Assembly: GCA_963717505.1 (NCBI GenBank)
Contig: OY970342.1
Location: 3,392,001-3,456,000, forward strand
From: Candidatus Eiseniibacteriota bacterium
GTDB lineage: Bacteria > Eisenbacteria > RBG-16-71-46
Length of the DNA stretch: 64,000 nucleotides
Direction: 5' to 3'
This document shows, one piece after another, positions 8,986 through 19,296 of the stretch. The position numbers were made by a program, and so were the translations under genes. Positions within the stretch are counted from its first letter, which is position 1, and each line of letters opens with the position of its first letter. The notes beneath the pieces are model-generated. The model saw nothing but the letters and a program-made list of their open reading frames with translations, was not told the origin of the DNA and ran no database searches.

Positions 8986-11064
8986 ATGCCGCTGACTCCT
9001 ACGACCCGCCTCGGCTCATACGAGATCATCAGCTCGCTCGGCGCCGGTGGCATGGGGGAGGTGTATCGGGCGAAAGACCTGCGCCTCGGTCGCGAGGTGG
9101 CGCTCAAGGTGCTGCCGGCCGACGTGGCCGACACCGACCGCCTGGCCCGATTCGAGCGCGAGGCGAAGACGGTGGCGAGCCTCAATCACCCCAACATCGT
9201 GGTCCTGCACTCCATCGAAGAGGTTGCCGGCACGCGCTTCCTCACGATGGAGCTGGTCGAAGGCCGGGATCTGACCGCGCTCGTCGCGCCGGGCGGGCTT
9301 TCTCTGACCCAGGTGCTCGATCTGGCGATCCCGATGGCCGACGCGCTGGTCGCCGCGCACGAGAAAGGCGTGGTGCATCGAGACCTCAAGCCCGCGAACG
9401 TCATGGTGACGCGCGAGGGAAGGGTCAAAGTGCTGGACTTCGGCCTGGCCAAACTCACGAGGACCGAGCCAGACCTCCAGAACACACAGGCGCCGACGAT
9501 CGTGGCGCCGCTCTCCATGGCCGGGGAAGTGATGGGCACGGTGCCGTACATGGCGCCGGAGCAGATCCTCGGACAGGCGGTGGATACACGTACCGACCTG
9601 TTCTCGTTCGGCATCCTGATCTACGAGCTCGCGACCGGACGGAGGCCCTTCGCCGGCCAGACCTCATGGGAGCTGGCCTCCGCGATCATGAACGACCGCC
9701 CCGCGTCGCTCACGAGCATTCGCTCCGATCTGCCCGCCGACCTCGAGCGCATCGTCGGCCGATGCCTGGAGAAGCGGCCGCGCGAGCGGTTCCAGACCGC
9801 GCTTGATGTGATGAACGAGCTGCGCGGGCTGAGGCGCACGCTCGAACCGGCGGGGCCGTTGCTGCACGTGCCACAGGACCGGCCATCGATCGCCGTGCTG
9901 CCATTTGAGAATCTCAGCGGCGATCGGGAACAGGAGTATTTTGCCGACGGGATTGTCACCGAGATCATCACCGGGCTTTCCCGCATCAAGTGGCTCTTTG
10001 TGATTTCCCGTAACTCGACATTCATTTACAAGGGCAAGCCGATCGACGTGAAAGCCGTCGGCCGTGAACTGGGCGTGCGGTATGTGCTCGAGGGCAGTGT
10101 CCGCCGGTCCGGCAATCAGGTGCGCGTGACAGGGGAACTGATCGAGTCGGCGACCGCCCGACATGTGTGGGCCGATCGGTACGACGGCACAATGGGCGAC
10201 ATCTTCGCGCTCCAGGACGAGATGACCATGAGCGTCATCGGCGCAGTCGAGCCGACCTTGCGAAAGGCCGAGGTCGAGCGTGCCCGGCGGAAGCGCCCCG
10301 ACAGTCTCGATGCATACGATCTGTTTCTACGTGCTCTCCCATTCGCCGCCACCGCGATGCCGGAGGATGCCGACAAAGCGCTCGTGCTGCTGGAGGAGGC
10401 GATCCGCCTGGAACCGGACTACGCCATCGCCCATGGGTGTATCGCCTGGTGTCACGAGCAGCGCTACCTGCGCGGCGGTCTGCAGGCCGAATCTCGCGAT
10501 GCTGCCCGCAAACACGCCCACGCGGCCATCAGGAATGGCAGCGACGATGCGATGGCGCTGGCGTTGGGCGGTTTTGTCGTCGCTGTGACGGATGGATGCT
10601 TTGAATCTTCCGCGATCGATGCCCTCGACCGGTCCATCGCATTGAGTCCATCTTTGGCACTTGCATTCGGTTTCAGTTCCATTGTCCGCGCATGGAGAGG
10701 CGACGCCGCCACCGCGATCGAACATGCCAGGATCGGCATTCGCCTCAGCCCGTACGACCCCTTGATCCACATTCCCTATGTCGGCCTTGCGCATGCACAC
10801 TTCCTGACCGGGGAGTGGGCAGATGCGGCAGACGCGGCGCGCAGAGCTTCGCAGGCAAATCCACGATTCAGCGTTCCGGTGTACCTGCTGGCGGCGGCCC
10901 TTACCCGACTCGGCCGTGTCACCGAAGCGCAATCGGCTTCCGTGCGTTTGCTCGAGTTGCAGCCTGGCTTCACGGTCAGCGGCATGCTGGCGGGGCATCC
11001 CGTGAAGGTAGAGGTACTGGCCCGTTTGGCTGATGCGCTGCGTGAGCTGGGACTGCCAGAGTAG
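8986..11064 (+). CDS. Ser/Thr protein kinase + TolB-N-like + TPR domains
   Basis: LGAGGMGEVY, HRDLKPAN, DFG, GTVPYMAPE; then PSIAVLPFENLSGD...YFADG and TPR-like repeats; no TM helix. Confidence 0.93.
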   Translation: MPLTPTTRLGSYEIISSLGAGGMGEVYRAKDLRLGREVALKVLPADVADTDRLARFEREAKTVASLNHPNIVVLHSIEEVAGTRFLTMELVEGRDLTALVAPGGLSLTQVLDLAIPMADALVAAHEKGVVHRDLKPANVMVTREGRVKVLDFGLAKLTRTEPDLQNTQAPTIVAPLSMAGEVMGTVPYMAPEQILGQAVDTRTDLFSFGILIYELATGRRPFAGQTSWELASAIMNDRPASLTSIRSDLPADLERIVGRCLEKRPRERFQTALDVMNELRGLRRTLEPAGPLLHVPQDRPSIAVLPFENLSGDREQEYFADGIVTEIITGLSRIKWLFVISRNSTFIYKGKPIDVKAVGRELGVRYVLEGSVRRSGNQVRVTGELIESATARHVWADRYDGTMGDIFALQDEMTMSVIGAVEPTLRKAEVERARRKRPDSLDAYDLFLRALPFAATAMPEDADKALVLLEEAIRLEPDYAIAHGCIAWCHEQRYLRGGLQAESRDAARKHAHAAIRNGSDDAMALALGGFVVAVTDGCFESSAIDALDRSIALSPSLALAFGFSSIVRAWRGDAATAIEHARIGIRLSPYDPLIHIPYVGLAHAHFLTGEWADAADAARRASQANPRFSVPVYLLAAALTRLGRVTEAQSASVRLLELQPGFTVSGMLAGHPVKVEVLARLADALRELGLPE

Positions 11065-11084
11065 GTTTGGTCGAGAAAGCGTAT

Positions 11085-11104
11085 CGTGGCCCCGTAGCTC
11101 AGAC
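11085..11104 (+). repeat. Direct repeat of the tRNA-Arg 5' end (att-like)
   Basis: CGTGGCCCCGTAGCTCAGAC is identical to 37359-37378. Confidence 0.85.
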
Positions 11105-11111
11105 ACAGTTC

Positions 11112-11132
11112 TCGTAGCCAATGTCGTAGCCA
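11112..11132 (+). repeat. Tandem 9-mer next to the att-like core (possible integrase arm sites)
   Basis: TCGTAGCCA-ATG-TCGTAGCCA; related GTCGTAGCC at 30301. Confidence 0.5.
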
Positions 11133-11178
11133 GTCCGAGCACCCTCTCACGACGGGCCCCCTGAGGTACATTCCCGCG

Positions 11179-13566
11179 ATGCCGCTGACTCTCGGGTCCC
11201 GCCTCGGCCCCTACGAGATCGTCGCGCCGCTCGGCGCGGGAGGTATGGGCGAGGTCTACCGGGCTCGCGACCCGCGCCTCAAGCGCGAGATCGCGATCAA
11301 GGTTCTGCCCGCCGACGTGACGTCGTCGCCCGACCGCCTCGCCCGCTTGGAGCGCGAAGCGACCACCGTGGCCGGGCTCAACCACCCGAACATCGTGGTG
11401 CTCCACTCCATCGAGGAGGCCGGCGGAATTCGATTCCTCACCATGGAGCTGGTGGAGGGGCGGAGCCTCGCCGAGCTCCTCACTCCCGGCGGATTGCCGA
11501 TCGCCCAAGTGCTCGACCTCGCGATCCCGCTCGCTGAGGCGCTGGTGGCCGCGCACGAGAAGGGCGTCGTGCACCGGGATCTCAAGCCCGCGAACGTGAT
11601 GGTGACGCGGGAGGGAAGGGTCAAGGTGCTGGACTTCGGTCTCGCCAAGTTCACCGAGGCGGAGCCGGATCTCGACGCTACTCACGCCGCGACGATCGCA
11701 TCGCCGATCTCCGACGGCGGGCAGGTCGTGGGTACGGTGCCGTACATGGCGCCGGAGCAGATACGTGGCGAAGCTGTCGACGCCCGCACCGACCTGTTCT
11801 CGCTCGGGGTTCTGATCTACGAGCTGGCCGGCGGCCAGCGACCGTTCACCGGGCAGAGCCATGCCGACGTCAGCTCGGCGATCCTGCGCGACCGCCCGCC
11901 GTCGCTGACGAGTCTGCGCGCGGACCTCCCGGGCGACCTCGAGCGCATCATCGGTCGCTGTCTCGAAAAGAACCCGCGCGAGCGGTTCCAGACGGCGCTC
12001 GACGTGGCGAACGAGCTGCGCTCGATCCGACGCAGCCTCGAGCGCGATGCATCTCCGGTGCCTCGCCCGAGCGGTCCCCGCCGATCTCGGCTCCTGCTCG
12101 CGACAGCCGCAGTCGCGATGCTCATCGTGGCCGTGGTCGCTATCGGCATGGTGCTACGCACCCGACGCGCGCCGGGCCCGGGGGCGATCCGGTCGCTGGC
12201 CGTTCTGCCGCTCGAGAACCTCTCGCGCGATCCGGCACAGGACTTCTTCGCGGACGGCATGACCGAGGAGCTGATTACGAGCCTCGCCAACATCGAGGGC
12301 GTGAGCGTCATTTCGCGCACTTCGTCGATGCAATACAGAGGCACGAAGAAGACCATCCCGCAAATCGCTCGCGAGCTGAAGGTGGACGCAGTGGTTGAAG
12401 GCTCCGCGATGCGGGTGGGTGACGACGTGCGCATCAGCGCCCAGCTCATCGAGGCGGCGACGGACCGGCACCTGTGGGCAAGAAGCTACCAGCGCAGTCT
12501 GGCGAACGTTCTCGTCCTACAGGGCGAGGTCGCGCAGGCGATCGCCGCGGAGATCCGCTCGACACTGACGCCCCGGGGGGAGGCGCGGGTCACCGGCGCG
12601 CCCTCGGTGAACGCCGCGGCCCACGAGGACTATCTCAAGGGGCGATACGAGTGGAGCAAGCGAACGCCGGAGGCAACCCGCCTCGCGATCGCCCTCTTCG
12701 AGCGCTCGATCGCCACCGACTCGAGCTACGCAGCAGCTTGGGCCGGGCTCGCGGATGTCTACCTGGTGCCCACAAATCAGAGTGAGCCGACGCGACCGCG
12801 GTTGGTAAAGGCGTTCGAGGCGGTGCACCATGCCCTGAGGCTCGACCCCCATCTTGCCGAGGCCCATGCGACGCTGGGAGCGCTGAAGTACCAGATGGAG
12901 TACGACTGGGCCGGGGCCGATTTGGAGTTTCGCACCTCGCTCACCCTCAATCCCAGCTATGCGACCGCGCACCAGTGGTACGGGCTTTCGCTCGCGGTCC
13001 GGGGCAGACTGGACGAGGCTGAGGCGGAACTGGCACGCGCCCGTGAGCTGGATCCCCTCTCCACCATTATGCTGTTCAACCAGGGGCAGATCCTCTACTG
13101 GCAGCGCCGGTACGACGAGGCCATCCCCGTTCTCCAGGAGGTCGTCGGGTCTCCTTGGCCCGGATTCAGCGGCGGTCACGTGTGGCTCGGCCGGGCCTAC
13201 TACGCAAAGCGGATGTATCCGGCGGCTCTGGCCGAGTTCGTAATCGCTGATTCGTTGGAAGGGGGAAGTCTGCACCGCGACGAACGGATCCGCGCGGCCG
13301 TGCTCGCGGGGGACACGACGCGGTACATGAGTCTGTCGGTTGCCGAAGGAGAGAAGCGCGCGAAGAGGGAGTATGTCAGCCCGACCAACCTGATCGTCGG
13401 ATACGCCCAGCTCGGCGACAGCAACCGCGCGTTCGATTGGGTGGAGAGAGGCTGGGAGGAGCGTGACTTCAGAATGCTGGTCACTCTCCGGGACGCGATG
13501 CTGGACCCGCTGCGCTCCGACCCGCGCTTCGCTGCGATCCTTCGGAAGCACGGGCTCGAGCCGTGA
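11179..13566 (+). CDS. Ser/Thr protein kinase + TM + TolB-N-like + TPR
   Basis: Complete Hanks motifs; hydrophobic helix LLLATAAVAMLIVAVVAIGMVL; IRSLAVLPLENLS; ends DPLRSDPRFAAIL. Confidence 0.94.
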   Translation: MPLTLGSRLGPYEIVAPLGAGGMGEVYRARDPRLKREIAIKVLPADVTSSPDRLARLEREATTVAGLNHPNIVVLHSIEEAGGIRFLTMELVEGRSLAELLTPGGLPIAQVLDLAIPLAEALVAAHEKGVVHRDLKPANVMVTREGRVKVLDFGLAKFTEAEPDLDATHAATIASPISDGGQVVGTVPYMAPEQIRGEAVDARTDLFSLGVLIYELAGGQRPFTGQSHADVSSAILRDRPPSLTSLRADLPGDLERIIGRCLEKNPRERFQTALDVANELRSIRRSLERDASPVPRPSGPRRSRLLLATAAVAMLIVAVVAIGMVLRTRRAPGPGAIRSLAVLPLENLSRDPAQDFFADGMTEELITSLANIEGVSVISRTSSMQYRGTKKTIPQIARELKVDAVVEGSAMRVGDDVRISAQLIEAATDRHLWARSYQRSLANVLVLQGEVAQAIAAEIRSTLTPRGEARVTGAPSVNAAAHEDYLKGRYEWSKRTPEATRLAIALFERSIATDSSYAAAWAGLADVYLVPTNQSEPTRPRLVKAFEAVHHALRLDPHLAEAHATLGALKYQMEYDWAGADLEFRTSLTLNPSYATAHQWYGLSLAVRGRLDEAEAELARARELDPLSTIMLFNQGQILYWQRRYDEAIPVLQEVVGSPWPGFSGGHVWLGRAYYAKRMYPAALAEFVIADSLEGGSLHRDERIRAAVLAGDTTRYMSLSVAEGEKRAKREYVSPTNLIVGYAQLGDSNRAFDWVERGWEERDFRMLVTLRDAMLDPLRSDPRFAAILRKHGLEP

Positions 13567-13588
13567 GCCGGGGGAGAGTGAAGGAGAC

Positions 13589-14397
13589 ATGTCCAGCCCG
13601 CAGGCGGTTCTTCTTGTCGGTGGCACCGGACGCACCGGCCGTCACGTGTTGCACCAGCTCCTAGAGCGCGGCATCCCGTTCGCGCCATCGTTCGATCAGG
13701 CGGGAGGCTCGCACCAGACGCTGCGAGGAATCCCAACCTGACCGTGATCGAGGCCAGCCTGCTATCGCTCCCCGATGAGGATCTGCTGCGCTACCTTCGC
13801 GGCTGCGATGCTGTGATCTCGTGTCTCGGTCACGTCCTCAGCTTCAAGGGCATCTTCGGACCGCCGCGCGACCTCGTCACAAGAGCGACGTCGCGGCTGT
13901 GCCGAGGGATCGAGGTGCTGCTGCCCGCAGCTCCAATCAAGTTCATCCTCATGAGCAGTGTCTCGGTCAATCGCCCAGGGGGCCTCGACACGCGCCGGGG
14001 CCCCCTGGAGAAGGCGTTTCTCCGAATTCTCTGCGGCGGGCTTCCCCCGGCCGGGGACAACCAGTGGGCCGCTGACTTTCTCCATGAGAAGGTCGGGGCG
14101 AGCAACCCGTTCGTGGAGTGGACGGCGGTGCGACCGGACACGCTGCTCCCAGGCGACGTCTCGGAGTACACGTTGCACGAGGGCCTGGTGAACAGCCTCT
14201 TTGCTCCAGGCAGCACGAACATGGCCAACATCGCGAACTTCATGTGCGAGCTCGTGACGAACCCGAAGACGTGGGCAGACTGGAAGGCCAAGCTGCCCGT
14301 GATCATCAACGCTGTAGCGGCGACCGTCCAAAAGCACGCTGGTGGGCGCGCGCTCGCGGGCCCTATGATCCCCCCACGGCTCGGAGAAAACAGATGA
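13589..14397 (+). CDS. NAD(P)-binding oxidoreductase (NAD_binding_10), frameshifted near 13677
   Basis: MSSPQAVLLVGGTGRTG, continuing in another frame VRAIVRS...DAVISCLGH...WTAVRPD; AAGGAG RBS. Confidence 0.8.
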
Positions 14398-14786
14398 CCA
14401 ACTCAGTGACTCACTTCGAGATCTACGCTGAAGAGCCGGTGAAGCTCGCGGAGTTTTACCGGGCGCTGCTGGGCTGGCAAATCGAGAAGGCGGCGGGAAT
14501 CGACTACTGGCGCGTACAGTCTGCGCCCGCCGGCACCAACGGCGTCAACGGCGGCATGCTGCTGCGGCCGATCCCCGGGCCGCGCAGTTGGGTGCACTAC
14601 GTCCACGTCGAATCGCTCGACCGTACGCTCGAGCAGTTGCTGGCGCTCGGTGGCTCGGTCGTGCGGCCCAAAGCGGCGGTGCCCAAGACGGCCTGGTACG
14701 CAGTGGTGACCGACCCGGACGGAAACATTTTCGCACTCTGGCAATCCGATCCTCTCGCGATGCCGGCACCGGAACCAGAAGACTGA
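14394..14786 (+). CDS. VOC/glyoxalase family protein
   Basis: MTNSVTHFEIYA...FYRALLGW...GVNGGM...DPDGNIFALWQ. Confidence 0.9.
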   Translation: MTNSVTHFEIYAEEPVKLAEFYRALLGWQIEKAAGIDYWRVQSAPAGTNGVNGGMLLRPIPGPRSWVHYVHVESLDRTLEQLLALGGSVVRPKAAVPKTAWYAVVTDPDGNIFALWQSDPLAMPAPEPED

Positions 14787-14818
14787 CGTAGGAACACTGA
14801 CTCGAAAGGAAGGCGACA

Positions 14819-15966
14819 ATGCATTTCACCGACGATGCGCTATACCCCGAGAACATGAAGCCCCTGATCATCACCGCGGCGCCGTATGGACCGTCGTGGC
14901 TGCCGGGCGATACGACTGACATCGCCGTCACCTGGGACGAGCAGGTCCAGGCGGCGGTGGATTGCTACAACGCCGGCGCCAGGGTCCTGCACCTCCACGT
15001 GCGCAACCCCGCGACCGGGCGCCTCTCGGCGAAAATCGAGCACTTCAACTACATGATGGAACGCCTCAAGAAAGCCGTGCCTGAAATGATCATCCAGGTC
15101 GGCGGCTCGATCGCCTTCGACCACCCCAAGGATGACGGGCAGGTCAATTGGCTGAGCTACGATACGCGTCACATGCTCGCGGAAATAACGCCAAAGCCGG
15201 AGACCGTCACGGTCGCCATCGGCACCTCCATGATGGACCTCACGCAGATGTGGACTCCAGATGATATTCAGGGGAACACATCTCGAGAGAGATCCGAAGG
15301 CAATGGCAGCCTGGGCCGGCATGTATACCGACGCCGGTCCGGCCTTTTACCTGGAGCACCTGAAGCGCCTGAGAAAGGTCGGTATTCAGCCCTATTTCAC
15401 GCTGGCGCATGTTCACCAGCTCGAGATCGTGGAGCGGCTGATCCGCCACGGTGTTTACATGGGTCCGCTGAACACGAATATCACCACGTACGGCGGGGGC
15501 GGGTGCGGCCACAATCCGTTCGATTGGATGCACTGGCTCCAACGCCAACCGCAGGGTGCCATCGTCACGTTCTGGGCCGCGATGCGGGTCGCTGCGGTCG
15601 CCCAGCCGCTGGCGCTCATCATGGGCCAGCATTGTCGGGTCGGCATCGAGGACAATATCTGGAACAGTAAGCGTGAGCGCATGACGACGTTGCAGCAGAT
15701 CGAGGCGATCGTGTCACTCGCCGAGCGATTCGGCCGCAAGATCGCGACCGCGGCGGAAGCGCGTGAGATCATGAAGATCGGGGTCTGGTACAACAGCGTG
15801 GACGAGACGTTGCAGAACCTCGGCATGGCGCCCAACCGCGGGGACGACGACCGCGGCTTCATGGTGTGGGAGACCGACGGAAAGAAGAGCGTCGCAGCAT
15901 GCGATGTCCGATTCGCATCCCATGGCCTACTGCATGGTGCCACCGGAGCCGGCAGCTACGCAGTGA
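14819..15966 (+). CDS. 3-keto-5-aminohexanoate cleavage (BKACE/DUF849) family protein; frameshifts near 15272 and 15900
   Basis: LIITAAPYGP, AGARVLHLHVR, RVGIEDNIW, ATAAEAREI; last frame SDSHPMAYCMVPPEPAATQ* overlaps the next ATG. Confidence 0.85.
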
Positions 15967-16746
15967 TGGCAGAAACGACGCCAGCACCCGATCGGTCGCC
16001 TGTGGGTCCCTCAACGGGTCCCTGGGACGACCCTGCGCTCACCCAGTTCCGCGAATGGGAACCGGCGTGGGTCGATCAATGCCTCAAGATGTCCGCAGGT
16101 CCGTGGACCAGCGGCGTACTACCGCGCAAAGACGTCGAGCTGATCAGCATTGCGGTGAACGCTGCTTGTACGAACCTGAGCGCCGAGGGAGCCCGTCGCC
16201 ATATTCGCGGTGCACTCCAAGCCGGCGCGACCCGCGAAGAGATCCTGATGACCCTGAAGGTCGCAGTCTCTTCTGGCGCTCCATACGTGCAGCCTGGGCG
16301 CACCCATTCTGTTGGAGGAAGCGAAGGCGGCCGGGGTGGATTTCACGCCGACGTCGGCGGTGACCCCGGTCTGCGACAAGATGCGGGCCGCGGGCCAATG
16401 GAATCCCGCCTGGGACGCATTCTTCGAGATTGCGCCGGCCTGGACGGAAGCGATCATCGCCGTGAGCCTGCCGGTATACACCAGCGGCGTATTCTCACCC
16501 AAGCTGGCGGAACTCATGAGCATCGCCGTCGATGCGTCGATTACTCATATGTACGCACCGGGAACCCGCCGGCACGTCCAGTCGGCGCTGAAGCTCGGCG
16601 CGACGATCGAGGAGATCATGGAGGTCTTCAAGATTTGCGTCGCCTCGGGCATGCAGGCGAGCAATCTCGGTATCCCCATCCTGGCCGAGGAACTTCAACG
16701 CGTGCAGGCCATCAAGCGCGGCCGCATGAAAGCGAGTGGTGAATGA
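15966..16746 (+). CDS. Double-domain carboxymuconolactone decarboxylase (AhpD-like) protein; frameshift near 16266
   Basis: Two CMD units: ELISIAVNA...RRHIRGALQAGATREEI and ELMSIAVDA...RRHVQSALKLGATIEEI. Confidence 0.83.
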
Positions 16747-16829
16747 TCGAAATGATCTACCAGCTAATCGAGTGGGCGGCGCTGGGGATTGAGCTGCTCG
16801 CCGTCGCCGCCCCCACAGCGGATCGATGA
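16743..16829 (+). pseudogene. 28-codon ORF, possibly a truncated DUF1622-like N-terminus
   Basis: MIEMIYQLIEWAALGIELLAVAAPTADR*; ATGA overlaps with both neighbours. Confidence 0.45.
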
Positions 16830-17215
16830 CGATTCCCGAGAAACCCGCGGACAAGCCGGATGCGACGCAACTTGCTCTGGAGCGCACGTTTCTCGCCCAT
16901 GAGCGAACGCTCATGGCGTGGACCCGAACGGCGACGTCGATGATCGGCTTCGGGTTCACCATCTATAAGTTCTTTCAGTTCGAGTTGAAGGGAACAACCG
17001 CGGTCGAGACGCTCGTGAGTCCGCGAGCCTTCGGATTGGCGATGATCGCTATTGGCCTGGTCTCGCTGCTCATGGGCACCGTGCAGCAAATGGCGAGCAT
17101 GCGGCACCTTCGGGCGCACTGGCCGCAGGCTCCCCGCTCGATAGCCACGATGCTCGCGGGCCTCATCGCGGTCCTCGGGTTGGGAGCGCTGATCGCTACG
17201 ATTGCTCGGCGATGA
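16826..17215 (+). CDS. DUF202 (YidH-like) membrane protein
   Basis: LALERTFLAHERTLMAWTRT. Confidence 0.9.
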   Translation: MTIPEKPADKPDATQLALERTFLAHERTLMAWTRTATSMIGFGFTIYKFFQFELKGTTAVETLVSPRAFGLAMIAIGLVSLLMGTVQQMASMRHLRAHWPQAPRSIATMLAGLIAVLGLGALIATIARR

Positions 17216-17256
17216 GAAGCCCAAACCAGCATGCAGACCACTGAGAGGAGCCGATC

Positions 17257-18354
17257 ATGGCTGACGCTCGATCCGAAGCTCCGAACCTGGCTCGCACCGT
17301 GCTTGTCGTGTTGTTCATTCTCGCACTTACCGCCGGCTGCCTCTGGATCCTGCGGCCCTTCCTGACTCCCGTCATCTGCGCGGCTACGGTGGCGATTGCC
17401 ACCTGGCCGATGTTGACGGGGCTGCAGAGACAGTGGGGCGGAAGGCGGGGACCCGCGATCGCCGCGATGATGGGCGCCCTGGTAATCGCGTTCCTCGTAC
17501 CGGTCTATTTCGGCACGGTCGCGGCCGTGCAGAGCCTGGGCTCGATCTCGCTATGGATGCACGACCTGCCCAACCGCACGCTGCCCGAGTTGCCACGTTG
17601 GCTCGCGCAGCTTCCTCTCGTGGGCCTGCGGCTTCAGAGCGCGTGGGAGGAGCTGACCGCGGGGGGTGGCGCGGAGATCAAGGCGAGACTGTCGGAGAAC
17701 GCCAACGAGATCCTGCGCTGGCTGCTGATCCGCGTCGGCAATCTTGCCGGGATGCTGGTCCAGGTGCTCGTAATGCTCGGCATCACGGGGCTCCTCTACC
17801 TTCGGGGCGACCAGGTCGCCAACGGCGTGCTGCGTTTCGCCCGACGCCTCGGCGGAGACGGCGGCGAGCAGGCCGCCCGGCTCGCCGCGCTCGCGACTCG
17901 CGGTGTCGCACTCGGCGTGGTGCTCACTCCGGTCATCCAGTCGATTCTTGCCGGTATCGGCCTGGCGACCGCCGGCGTCCCCAACTTCGGACTGATCGCC
18001 TTCGCTGTGCTGGTTTCCTGCCTCGCGCAAGCCGGACCGCTGCCGGTGCTCGCACTCCCGGTGATCTGGCTGTACGCGCGCGGAGCGGTGCTCCCGGCGA
18101 GCGGACTCCTCGCCTGGTCGCTCGTCGTGCACATCTCGGGCCCGATCATCCGACCGATGCTGATCAAGCGCGGCGTCGACCTCCCGTTCGCGCTCATCAT
18201 CTCGGGCGTCATCGGCGGCGTCGCGGCGATGGGCGTCGTCGGGCTCTTCATCGGACCCGTCTTGCTCGCGGTGGCCATCACGCTACTCCAGCGCTGGATC
18301 GGCGAAGACGATGGAAGTGGAACGGCCGCAACCGTCCCCGCCGCCAGGAAATGA
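17257..18354 (+). CDS. AI-2E family transporter (YdiK-like)
   Basis: WILRPFL...IATWP...IRPMLIKRGVDLP...GVIGG..MGVVGLFIGPVLLA. Confidence 0.9.
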   Translation: MADARSEAPNLARTVLVVLFILALTAGCLWILRPFLTPVICAATVAIATWPMLTGLQRQWGGRRGPAIAAMMGALVIAFLVPVYFGTVAAVQSLGSISLWMHDLPNRTLPELPRWLAQLPLVGLRLQSAWEELTAGGGAEIKARLSENANEILRWLLIRVGNLAGMLVQVLVMLGITGLLYLRGDQVANGVLRFARRLGGDGGEQAARLAALATRGVALGVVLTPVIQSILAGIGLATAGVPNFGLIAFAVLVSCLAQAGPLPVLALPVIWLYARGAVLPASGLLAWSLVVHISGPIIRPMLIKRGVDLPFALIISGVIGGVAAMGVVGLFIGPVLLAVAITLLQRWIGEDDGSGTAATVPAARK

Positions 18355-18403
18355 AACGCGCTGCGGCGGGTGACGTCTGCACGCGGCGCTTGGCCTGGAC
18401 TCG

Positions 18404-19165
18404 CTACTTGCCGATGTGGTCGAGCGCGTACCGGAACGGTTCCATTGAGATCCTGATCAGACCGTCAAATGGACCATCCAATTCCAGGATCAGGAAGATC
18501 GCGGCGGCGACCGACAGTGAGGCGATGAAAAACGCGAAGAGGACGGTGCCGTTCCGCGGTGCGAACAGACCAAAGCTCGCGAACGTTGCCGTCAGCCAAA
18601 AGATCACCACCGCGAGAAATGCGCGCGGTACGGTGCTCACGCTACTGCCCAACACTCTCCAGCGCGACCTCACGATCTCATCGGTGAGGCTCAGGGCCTC
18701 GGACTTGATCCAGCGCTGGGTATCGGTTCCGGGAGTCAGGGCAAGGATCTGATTCTGGGCTTCCTCGGCCGGCGACACGATCTCGTCCCTGTTGAGCGAC
18801 AAAGGCGCGGCGCCTTTCGCGGGTCGCATCGACTCGATACGCGCGACAACAGCGCGACGGATCAGGTCACGTGTCGGCGCGGTCTCAGGACCATAGCGAG
18901 CCAGATCGCGATCGAGCATCACGGTGTTCACGGCACTATTTCGAACGGCCACGTCGGTCGAATCGAATGTGCCTTTGGCGGATGCCGTCACGAGACCGAG
19001 CAGGAGCGCCGTCATGGTGGCCACCAACCCCATCCCGAGCCGCACCACATCCTGCGACTCCTTGGCGATGTGCGATTGCGGGAGCATCGAACGGATGACC
19101 GTCCCCAACCATGCACTGCCAAACGTGCACACGAAGGTGATCGACGCGATCATGATGGCGTTCAT
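18404..19165 (-). CDS. DUF4239/bestrophin-like membrane protein
   Basis: GMGLVATMTALLLGLVTASAK...FLILELDGPFDGLIRIS. Confidence 0.8.
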   Translation of the reverse strand: MNAIMIASITFVCTFGSAWLGTVIRSMLPQSHIAKESQDVVRLGMGLVATMTALLLGLVTASAKGTFDSTDVAVRNSAVNTVMLDRDLARYGPETAPTRDLIRRAVVARIESMRPAKGAAPLSLNRDEIVSPAEEAQNQILALTPGTDTQRWIKSEALSLTDEIVRSRWRVLGSSVSTVPRAFLAVVIFWLTATFASFGLFAPRNGTVLFAFFIASLSVAAAIFLILELDGPFDGLIRISMEPFRYALDHIGK

Positions 19166-19296
19166 GTGATCCTCGGTGGTCCAAATCCATTGCGAGTTCC
19201 GTGATCGGGAGCGGACACGTGGAGGATGGCGTATGGTCATCCGCATGTCCATGCAATCATCCGCTACCGACCGCTACTGGCTTGTCCGGGGGAGAC

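Noticed and set aside
15261-16742. Apparent BKACE-CMD fusion ORF of 493 aa
   Set aside because: It is an artefact of frameshifts; the corrected frames give two genes with a TGATG overlap at 15964-15968.
19019-19036. GGCCACCAACC match to the tRNA 3' end
   Set aside because: It is short and lies inside an intact CDS (GMGLVATM), so it is likely chance.
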